Shown here: piece by piece, positions 8,429 to 14,765 of the stretch
Layout: each line of letters opens with the position of its first letter
How positions within the stretch are numbered: position 1 is the stretch's first letter
Source of the DNA: Sporomusa ovata DSM 2662
Lineage (GTDB): Bacteria > Bacillota > Negativicutes > Sporomusales > Sporomusaceae
Direction of reading: 5' to 3'
DNA length: 24,000 bases
NCBI RefSeq assembly: GCF_000445445.2
Contig: NZ_CP146301.1
Coordinates: 3,572,404-3,596,403, forward strand
The notes under the pieces: generated by a model
What the model was told of the DNA's origin: nothing
What the model saw: the letters and a program-made list of their open reading frames with translations, nothing else
The model's database searches: none
Made by a program: the position numbers and the translations under genes

Positions 8429-8906
8429 TCTTCTTACCCCCGCTTAACAAAATCAATTCCATCGGATCAGCCTCATTTTGCTGTCCAGCATCTGTAACAA
8501 TTCTGCTCCGAGCGGATGGAGTCAGTCCAAACTGCTCACAGAATTTATTCATGATTTTTAAGTAAGTCTGGGCGATGGATACCTGTGGTACCTGCTGCCA
8601 ATAGCCAGAAGGGGTTTTAACAATCGTGCCGTGCTTACTGATAAATTCTTCGGCTTCCTTCCACCGGGCATAGGCTTGGCAGTATCCAGCAAAGGCGGCC
8701 ATATCAACAATTGTTAGAAGTCCTAAATCTTCTAGCTGCTTAGTTAATCGCCGCCATTCTTTTTTAGCTTCGGTATCAAGCCAGCTTGGGCATTTGGGTG
8801 CTTTTTTTACTGGTGTAGGCTCACTGTTATTAAGCTGTCGTTTGCCCGGATTGCCTTCCAGTATTTTTAACGCTGTCGGCTTTGGCTTTCTTCCTTTTTG
8901 AGCCAT
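8421..8906 (-). CDS. terS: Terminase small subunit, P27 family
   Basis: The ORF-track ORF is 8421..8963. The likely start is ATG-8906 (MAQKGRKPKPTALKILEGNPGKR...), preceded by AAGGAGGTG. GNPGKR...P plus LTP..R is the P27-family signature. Confidence 0.85.
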   Translation of the reverse strand: MAQKGRKPKPTALKILEGNPGKRQLNNSEPTPVKKAPKCPSWLDTEAKKEWRRLTKQLEDLGLLTIVDMAAFAGYCQAYARWKEAEEFISKHGTIVKTPSGYWQQVPQVSIAQTYLKIMNKFCEQFGLTPSARSRIVTDAGQQNEADPMELILLSGGKKSV

Positions 8907-8977
8907 AGGTATCACCTCCTTATCTACGGCAAATAAAAAGAGCCTATCTTCTGATAGACTCAAAATTTAGATGTTGT

Positions 8978-9184
8978 TTATCCTTTGATGCCTTTGTAAT
9001 TGAAATTACCTTTTTTCACTTCATCCAGTTCCGCCTGAGCCGCTGCTTTATAGTCTTTTCGTGCCTTTTCTTTTTCTTTGCAGGCAAGGCAAAGGCATTC
9101 GGTATTAAACATCGACATAATCCTGCCTTGCTTTAGACTACCTCCACACCTATCACAGAACTGCTGCGAGAAGAACGTATCCAT
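8978..9184 (-). CDS. Small CxxC...CxxC zinc-ribbon protein, unknown function
   Basis: 68 aa with CDRCGG...CLCLAC, then a Lys-rich helix. RBS AAGGAG. It is tightly packed between the GGCT gene and terS. Confidence 0.5.
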   Translation of the reverse strand: MDTFFSQQFCDRCGGSLKQGRIMSMFNTECLCLACKEKEKARKDYKAAAQAELDEVKKGNFNYKGIKG

Positions 9185-9202
9185 CCTATGAACTCCTTAA
9201 GG

Positions 9203-9652
9203 TCATAATAATTCTGTTTTAGTATTTGCTAAAGCTTCATCCAAACTGGCTGTCTCGATTCGATTATCCAGATAGCCTTGCCGAATGATCTCAAAGTAAT
9301 ATTCACTTGGCAGAGAAGGCATATCTTCATATTGTTTGGCCATAACATAGATCATGGCAATTTTCTGTCCAGCATCGGTTTGTACTGTCACTAATTCTTT
9401 TTCATATAGTTTCGGATATCCTTCGTAGCGGTCAAGATCCCGTTCACAATCCTTGGTTATTTCCCATAATACGATTGGCACGCTGTCGTTATTGCTTCGC
9501 TCCACGTTAGCCACTCCGGCCTGTTTTCCTCGAAAAGTAAGTTTGTAATCGTGCAATTCACCTTTTCCAATAACCTTTGCCTTGGGGCAACGTTTCTTCA
9601 TTTGCTTGAGGTTCAAATTACTGCCATAGGCAGCATAAATCTTTGTTTCCAT
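9203..9652 (-). CDS. AIG2 / gamma-glutamyl cyclotransferase-like protein
   Basis: The ORF-track ORF is 9203..9694. The likely start is ATG-9652 (METKIYAAYGSNLNLKQM...), after GGAGG. The YGSNL motif and LDRYEGYP (catalytic Glu context) are GGCT/AIG2 hallmarks. Confidence 0.8.
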   Translation of the reverse strand: METKIYAAYGSNLNLKQMKKRCPKAKVIGKGELHDYKLTFRGKQAGVANVERSNNDSVPIVLWEITKDCERDLDRYEGYPKLYEKELVTVQTDAGQKIAMIYVMAKQYEDMPSLPSEYYFEIIRQGYLDNRIETASLDEALANTKTELL

Positions 9653-9720
9653 TCCAACCTCCATTATGTACCTTCCTAGCCAGCCAAGGGGCATTAAGCC
9701 CCTGGCGGCTGGTTTTCATC

Positions 9721-10314
9721 TCAGGCGGCATTTCTCCAAGCCGAATCGCCAGTAAGATTTTTCAAAAAATGAAGTCTACAGGTTTCAAACTCTTTCCCGA
9801 TCAGCCCTAGCCGCAGCATCCAGCATCTGAAGGTATATTTTTCGTTGTCGGTGGTTGTTCGCTTGGCGCTGGCCGACTTTTGCGCTAAGGCTTGGTAGCT
9901 CAGAGCTAAACAAAATTGCAAATATGCCTTAATTTTTCCGGCATGCAAAGTTCCGTTGAAAAGTCGAAATTCTATAGTTCCCTTGGTGAACGTGCTATGT
10001 AGGTTTAGCCCGTGATAGCGGCTGTTGTGGTAATGCCGTTCTCTACTTTCCTGCCCGTATCCATCATACCAAATATCGGCCAAAGCCGCTAAGGTTTTTG
10101 GCTTTTTCTTATTGATGGCAGTGATTAGGTCCTCGTTGACTTTTTTGCAATACCGCATTCTAGCACAATCAATCGCAAGGCTTTTGTAAAGTAGTTCTTC
10201 TTTACTGGCCATTAAGTTAACCAGGTTTTTCAAGCTATTAGGGGTATGGGGCTTGGCATCTACATAATAGCAAGTTTTTTCGTCTTTTTTGAGTTAAATA
10301 AGGTCCTTGTCCAT
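9721..10314 (-). pseudogene. Amidoligase (Pfam Amidoligase_2-like) remnant: 6-codon stub, in-frame TAA, then only the C-terminal half of the family
   Basis: The recognisable part is ...VDAKPHTPNSLKNLVNLMASKEELLYKSL...RYHGLNLHSTFTKGTIEFRLFNGTLHAGKIKAYLQF. The frame is open only from 10293. Upstream in the same frame is ATG-10314 MDKDLI followed by TAA (10296..10294). The methylase stop is at 10330, so there is no room for the N-terminal catalytic half. Confidence 0.55.
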
Positions 10315-10329
10315 TTCTGCCAAAACGTC

Positions 10330-11548
10330 CTACAGTGAGCAAGTGCAGCCTTCTCTTTCCAGGTAAATGTCCTTGGTACTGCCTGCCGCTGTCGCATACC
10401 TCTTTACGATAACAGCTGCATACTTTGGATCGAGTTCCATTACGTAAGCGCTGCGGTCTATCTGCTCGCAGGCAATCAGGGTAGATCCGCTGCCGCCAAA
10501 TAAATCAAGCACGATTCCGTTGACTTGAGATGAATTACGGATAGGATAAGCCACAAGTTCAACTGGTTTTGTGGTTGGATGCAACTTGGATTTGGTTGGG
10601 CGGTTAAATTCCCATACGGTGCTTTGCTTCCTGTCAGAATACCACCGGTGTTTTGCCGTGTCTTTAAAGGCATAAAGAATGGGCTCATGGCGCATCTGGT
10701 AATCCATCCTACCGATCACCAGGGAGTTTTTCACCCAAATACATGTGGTGGAATAATGAAAGCCAGCATTAACTGTTGCATTATAGAAATTCACCTTTTC
10801 CGCATCAGAGTGGAACATATAGATGGCTCCGCCATCGGCAAGGTGCTGATATGCATTTTTTATAGCCGCAAGCAAAAACTCGTAGAACTTTCCAGATTCC
10901 ATTATTATCATTCATAATCGTCATTCCTGTGCCACCCTCATACGCACAATTATACGGCGGATCGGTTACGACCAGATTTGCCATTTTTCCATTCATCAAA
11001 ATCGCCACATCTTCTGCTTTGGTGGCATCGCCGCACATCAGTCTGTGTTTTCCCAAATGCCATAGATCGCCTGGCTTAACGAAGGACTCCTCTTCCAAAG
11101 CTGCATCTACGTCAAAGTCATCTTCTTGGGAATCTTTATTATGCACACTTGTCATGATCTGGTCAATCTCCGGAGGCTCAAAGCCTGTGAAGGATACATC
11201 AAAGTCTAAGGTTTGTAAATCCTTAATCAGTTCTGCGAGCAAGTCCTTATCCCAGTCGGTTTCTTCTTGTATTTTGTTGTCGGCAATTAGATAAGCGTCC
11301 GCATCTGCACCTTCAAGATCTAAAAAGATAGCAGGTACTTCTTCAATACCTGCTTTTTGTGCCGCCTTACATCTGGCATGCCCTGCCAAAATAAATCCAT
11401 CTTTACTTACTAATACCGGATTTGTAAAACCAAACTTGTTTATGCTTTTTACAAGCTTGCTTAAAGCAGAATCGGGATGCACCCTTGGATTTTTGGGATG
11501 CGGTTTCAAATCACATATTTTTGTTAACCTTACGTTTTTAAATTCCAT
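10330..11548 (-). pseudogene. ParB-like nuclease domain / N4-N6 DNA methyltransferase fusion, frameshifted at ~10900-10912
   Basis: The real start is ATG-11548 (MEFKNVRLTKICDLKPHPKNPRVH..GHARCKAA = ParB N-domain), after GGAGTG. It continues to VVTDPPYN (motif IV) and GMTIMNDN, then leaves the frame. The continuation MESGKFYEFLLAAIKNAY...LDLFGGSGST (motif I) is in the +1 frame (ORF 10330..10911). Confidence 0.8.
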
Positions 11549-11975
11549 CTTCTTCACTCCAAAACTTAAACTTAACAAAGCAATTATGACTACAGTACTT
11601 CCGCTGCTTGTTACCATAGGCGCTAAATTTTCGTCCACAGTTTTGGCAGGTGTACTGATAGATCGCTGCTGGTTTTTTACTTCGCTTATCTTGATTTTCA
11701 TTCCACCAGCTATATCGGCAGGCATCCGAACAAAATCTTTTTTTCCTGCCTTGTTGCTTTTGCCGCATCGGATTTTTACATTGCAAACACAAGGCATTGT
11801 TTTCTTGGATTACCTCGGCATTGAGGTGTACGACTTCTGTCGGTCCATTTAGGTGGTGCCGTTTGCAGTAGCCTTTTATGGCGTCAACCGTGAGTTGCAT
11901 TTCCCGGGCAATGGCTTTGTAGCCTAGTCCTTGGAGCCTAAGTTTATAGATTTCTTCTTTTTGCTCCGGCGTCAT
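11538..11975 (-). CDS. HTH (sigma region-4-like) regulator with two C-terminal zinc ribbons; probable late-operon regulator
   Basis: The N-terminus is MTPEQKEEIYKLRLQGLGYKAIAREMQLTVDAIKGYCKRH (an HTH). Two Zn-ribbon motifs follow: CLQC...FCSDAC and CQNCG...YCSHNC. RBS AAAGGGGA. It is the first gene of the tightly packed block running to terS. Confidence 0.7.
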   Translation of the reverse strand: MTPEQKEEIYKLRLQGLGYKAIAREMQLTVDAIKGYCKRHHLNGPTEVVHLNAEVIQENNALCLQCKNPMRQKQQGRKKRFCSDACRYSWWNENQDKRSKKPAAIYQYTCQNCGRKFSAYGNKQRKYCSHNCFVKFKFWSEEDGI

Positions 11976-11990
11976 GCGATATCCCCTTTC

Positions 11991-12029
11991 TTATTTTGCG
12001 ATTATACTTTTACGCAAAATAAATAACAA
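11991..12029 (-). promoter_or_regulatory. Promoter TTGTTA-17-TATAAT overlapped by a perfect 10-bp inverted repeat (TTATTTTGCG-N12-CGCAAAATAA)
   Basis: On the minus sense: -35 TTGTTA (12029..12024), a 17-nt spacer, and -10 TATAAT (12006..12001). The inverted-repeat arms at 11991-12000 and 12013-12022 bracket the -10. This lies 26 nt upstream of ATG-11975. Confidence 0.45.
12002..12025. repeat. 24-bp direct repeat, copy 1 (TTATACTTTTACGCAAAATAAATA)
   Basis: Identical 24-mer at 12590..12613. The two copies bracket the plus-strand VOC gene and its terminator. Confidence 0.9.
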
Positions 12030-12145
12030 TCGAACTGTCTGGCTACTAACTCTCAGTTATACTAGGTAGCAGATCGAAGAATACTATTTATGACTAGCGA
12101 TTCTATGTTTCAGACGTAAAATAGCAATATTAGGAGCGTGAAGAA

Positions 12146-12520
12146 ATGAATACGGAAATAAATCCGGTAATCTGGTTTGAAATCCCGGTAGCGGATATGG
12201 AAAGAAGCAAGGCTTTCTATGAAGCAGTTTTTGATCGAAAGCTAACTATAGTCGATTTGGGTCCACGCCAAATGGCTATGTTCCCAATGGAAATGAATGT
12301 TCCTGGAATTGGCGGAGCGTTAGTGAAGGAAGAACACTTTGTTCCTTCTTACACGGGTACGTTAATATACTTTTCTGTTACCGATATTCCCGGTACGCTG
12401 AACAAGGTAGTTGCGCACAAAGGCAAAGAGCTAATCCCTATGACGAGTATCGGAGAATATGGTTTTTGTGCTTATTTTGAAGATAGCGAGGGTAACCGGA
12501 TTGGACTACATACTATGTAA
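12146..12520 (+). CDS. VOC / glyoxalase-bleomycin-resistance-fold protein
   Basis: 124 aa. RBS AGGAG, 8 nt before the ATG. WFEIPVADMERSKAFYEAVF...GFCAYFEDSEGNRIGLH is the classic VOC beta-alpha-beta-beta-beta pattern. It is the only phage-region gene on the plus strand. Confidence 0.8.
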   Translation: MNTEINPVIWFEIPVADMERSKAFYEAVFDRKLTIVDLGPRQMAMFPMEMNVPGIGGALVKEEHFVPSYTGTLIYFSVTDIPGTLNKVVAHKGKELIPMTSIGEYGFCAYFEDSEGNRIGLHTM

Positions 12521-12542
12521 TGAACCACTACCTATGCCAAGT

Positions 12543-12570
12543 GATCCTGGATATGTATAGGATCTTTTTT
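12543..12570 (+). terminator. Intrinsic terminator of the VOC gene
   Basis: GATCCT-N10-AGGATC followed by TTTTTT, starting 23 nt after the stop codon. Confidence 0.7.
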
Positions 12571-12589
12571 GGTTAGGAAATTTTTTAAT

Positions 12590-12613
12590 TTATACTTTTA
12601 CGCAAAATAAATA
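12590..12613. repeat. 24-bp direct repeat, copy 2
   Basis: Identical to 12002..12025. On the minus sense its first 10 nt (UAUUUAUUUU) form the U-tract of the hairpin at 12614-12649. Confidence 0.9.
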
Positions 12614-12649
12614 GCACGCTTAAACCCTGTAACTACAAGGTTTGCGTGC
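12604..12649 (-). terminator. Intrinsic terminator-like hairpin (minus sense)
   Basis: On the minus sense: GCACGC-AAACC-loop-GGUUU-AA-GCGUGC, followed by UAUUUAUUUU. Confidence 0.5.
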
Positions 12650-12765
12650 CTCAAAATAGGACGGGTTCCCATCCCCCCTCCTGTTTATTATGCGAAATTT
12701 CGCGCGAAGGGGGGCGCGGTCTTGGGGAAGTAGCCTGTAGAGATTTGACCCGCCCCTCCCCTGGA
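12650..12765 (-). other. GC-rich structured segment with competing G- and C-tracts and a strongly SD-led 24-codon uORF (12672..12598)
   Basis: This is a GC-rich island between AT-rich flanks. The minus sense contains GGGGAGGGGCGGG (12761..12749), CCGCGCCCCCCUUC (12719..12706), the palindrome GCGAAAUUUCGC, and AGGAGGGGGG directly before ATG-12672. Confidence 0.3.
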
Positions 12766-12823
12766 CTTACAGTCATTTCTTCGTGTATTGGTTCTATCCA
12801 CGTCGCGAAAATAGATGTTTACC

Positions 12824-12862
12824 AAACAAAAAGACTGGCAATAGTTCAAGCTATTGTCAGTC
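12824..12862 (-). terminator. Intrinsic terminator of the yjdF-like gene
   Basis: On the minus sense: GACUGACAAUAG-CUUGAA-CUAUUGCCAGUC followed by UUUUUGUUU, starting 13 nt after the stop codon. Confidence 0.65.
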
Positions 12863-12875
12863 TGCAATATTAATA

Positions 12876-13283
12876 TTAATGACCACGTTTCTTTTTTTTG
12901 TTTTTTTGTACCTTTTTATCTCTTTTAGATTTTTCCAAATCCTGACGCAACTGTTTTGAAATCACTTTATGCTCAAGTTTTAATGCTTCACGGTCTTTCT
13001 TGATAGCTTCTTGAGCAAAAGTAGAAACTCCTACCCGTTGTACCTCTCTTGCTGCTTCTCGCGCAAGTTTCTTAGGATTCGACGGTCGAACGGGCATTTT
13101 TACGTCAATGCTTTTACCAGCACGACTAATACATGATAACATTCTTTGATTTACAAAATTCATTACGTCCCAGTCGTATGGCTCCGAACCAAAGACGTAA
13201 CGTACCGCTTTTAATTTTTCGTCAATTACCTCTTCCAAAACACCTACCCAAAATTGACCATCATAAAAGACCGTCAGTTTCAT
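12876..13283 (-). CDS. yjdF: YjdF-family protein (DUF2992)
   Basis: The N-terminus MKLTVFYDGQFWVGVLEEV...KLKAVRYVFGSEP closely recalls B. subtilis YjdF. The NPKKLAREAAREV segment and the highly basic Lys-rich C-terminal tail also match the family. Confidence 0.85.
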   Translation of the reverse strand: MKLTVFYDGQFWVGVLEEVIDEKLKAVRYVFGSEPYDWDVMNFVNQRMLSCISRAGKSIDVKMPVRPSNPKKLAREAAREVQRVGVSTFAQEAIKKDREALKLEHKVISKQLRQDLEKSKRDKKVQKNKKKKRGH

Positions 13284-13400
13284 ATTCAGTTCCCCCTCAG
13301 TTTAATAATGCAAGCGACGGACATCCCTAAGGGGGGAAGGATACGACACCCTGTTTAAGGGTGCATCCGGACTACCAACCGGACTGTGTTTTTTCGCTCG
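13284..13400 (-). ncRNA. Structured 5' leader, candidate yjdF-motif riboswitch
   Basis: Minus-sense stems are UCCGG-N8-CCGGA (13383..13366) and CACCCU-UAAAC-AGGGUG (13363..13347). A UUCCCCCC tract (13338..13331) is complementary to the SD GAGGGGGAA (13298..13290). Established knowledge: yjdF-motif RNAs sit almost exclusively in the 5' UTRs of DUF2992 genes. The consensus itself was not checked. Confidence 0.4.
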
Positions 13401-13410
13401 CTATAAATAT

Positions 13411-14115
13411 TTAATTAAGATATTTTTTCAACCATTGTCTGAAAAAGTTCAATTGTTCTGGTGTATGAAAGTAATGTTCACCACGATCCATTACTTCCAT
13501 GTCACAATCAAACTTGTTTGCAAAAAAAGATACAACACCAAACTCGCAAAGATTGTCCTCTTTTCCATAAAGGATGGCAGTAGGACTCTCCCAATACACA
13601 ATCGGATTTTCTTTGACATAGCAATAATAATCCCAATACAACGTTTGCCCTACAGGTGTTTGGATTTCCTGCTCCGCCTGCAATCTCTCCTTGCTTACGT
13701 TAAACCACATCATCATATTATCAATAATACGGCTCATATCAACAATCGGCGATAAAAACAAGCTTCGCCGTATGGAAACATCCTTATATGCAAGCAAACT
13801 AAAATACGCACCCATGCTGCAGGCAAACAAGCTAATTTCATTTGAGTGACTCGTGATAAAATCCATAATTTTACAAAGATCATGAGCACAATTTTGAACC
13901 TTGCATAACGTTGGTTCTTCTTTTCTATCTCCATGTTGTGGCAAATCAAAGCTCAACACCTGATATCCTAGCGGAATTGCCTCTTCTGCAAGCATAGCAA
14001 TCGGCACATCCATTTTATTTGACATATTCCCATGAACAGCCACCATTATTTTAGTGTTTTTTTCACCCCAAAGAATGGCTGGTATGTTCTCAATTAATAA
14101 ATTCTGCTTAACCAT
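13411..14115 (-). CDS. Alpha/beta-hydrolase-fold protein
   Basis: The ORF-track ORF is 13411..14157. The likely start is ATG-14115 (MVKQNLLIENIPAILWG), after GGAGGG. It has an HG oxyanion region (VAVHGNMSNK), a nucleophile-elbow variant (FACSMGAYF) and a late GEHYFH (His). It is markedly AT-rich relative to the phage genes. Confidence 0.75.
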   Translation of the reverse strand: MVKQNLLIENIPAILWGEKNTKIMVAVHGNMSNKMDVPIAMLAEEAIPLGYQVLSFDLPQHGDRKEEPTLCKVQNCAHDLCKIMDFITSHSNEISLFACSMGAYFSLLAYKDVSIRRSLFLSPIVDMSRIIDNMMMWFNVSKERLQAEQEIQTPVGQTLYWDYYCYVKENPIVYWESPTAILYGKEDNLCEFGVVSFFANKFDCDMEVMDRGEHYFHTPEQLNFFRQWLKKYLN

Positions 14116-14287
14116 TTTCCCTCCATCTGTTACAGAGGAAGTCTCCTCCATAAACAATATAAATTTATATAATTAATCATATCTACATCCTCCTTTCTCG
14201 ATTAACTGTACGTAAACAAAAATTAATCGCAATTACATCTTACAATATTTAACTATAACATAACGTCACAAAAATATCTATTTTCTC

Positions 14288-14641
14288 TTAAAAAGAATAT
14301 TCCTGATATTGATCCACCGTCCGGGTTTTCCTATCGTGGCACTTTTTGCAAAGCGGTTGCCAGTTATTCTCGTCCCAGAACAGATTCTTATCTCCGCGAT
14401 GGGACTGGATATGATCCACGACTGTAGCCGGAGTTAACTTTCCCTGGCGTTGGCACTCTTTGCAAAGAGGATTAGCTTTCAAGAACTGACTTCTCGCTTT
14501 TTGCTATTGGCTGCTGTAACCACGATCGTGAGCACTTGCTCGATCATTTGTATGTAGTTTTATATGAAACTCGCAATAGTTACCTGCTGTTAGCAATGGG
14601 CAGCCTGGATGTTTGCAGGGTTTCTTTGGTTTCATCGGCAT
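14288..14641 (-). pseudogene. Phage HNH endonuclease with an in-frame TAG (14506..14504)
   Basis: ATG-14641 gives MPMKPKKPCKHPGCPLLTAGNYCEFHIKLHTNDRASAHDRGYSSQ, then TAG, then QKARSQFLKANPLCKECQRQGKLTPATVVDHIQSHRGDKNLFWDENNWQPLCKKCHDRKT, all in one frame. Homologues normally have Trp (TGG) at the position of the stop codon. Confidence 0.8.
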
Positions 14642-14716
14642 CTCTATCAACTCCGCTTTTCGTTAAAAACATTGTCAGTAATCAAAACCACAAGTTTTAC
14701 AGTTAAGTTATAACGA

Positions 14717-14745
14717 ACGCCCCGGAATAGTGCTTTCCGGGGCGT
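14717..14745. terminator. GC-rich 11-bp hairpin after the late-regulator gene
   Basis: ACGCCCCGGAA-N7-TTCCGGGGCGT. The T-tract is weak on the minus sense and better on the plus sense (CTCCATATTTCTTTTT). Its function is uncertain. Confidence 0.4.
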
Positions 14746-14765
14746 CTCCATATTTCTTTTTCAGT

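Noticed and set aside
9680-9712. GC-rich hairpin followed by TTTT between the amidoligase and GGCT genes, as a terminator.
   Set aside because: The T-tract follows the stem only on the plus strand, where nothing is transcribed. On the coding (minus) strand there is no U-tract. It is kept only as a note inside the amidoligase finding.
10805-10911. Overlap of the two methylase ORFs, and of the two SNF2 ORFs at 19177..19255, as programmed frameshifting.
   Set aside because: There is no X XXY YYZ heptamer or known +1 signal at either break. Both breaks fall in the middle of conserved catalytic domains, not at a domain boundary.
12655-12685. tRNA T-arm-like sequence (ACGGGTTCCCATCCCCC), which could suggest a tRNA fragment or att site.
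   Set aside because: Only 3 bp of T-stem can form. There is no acceptor, anticodon or D arm on either strand.
12646-12873. 75-aa plus-strand ORF across the GC-rich intergenic segment.
   Set aside because: It starts at a non-ATG codon without an SD. It runs through the yjdF terminator, and its composition simply reflects the G/C tracts. The segment is better explained as RNA structure or a cos-like site.
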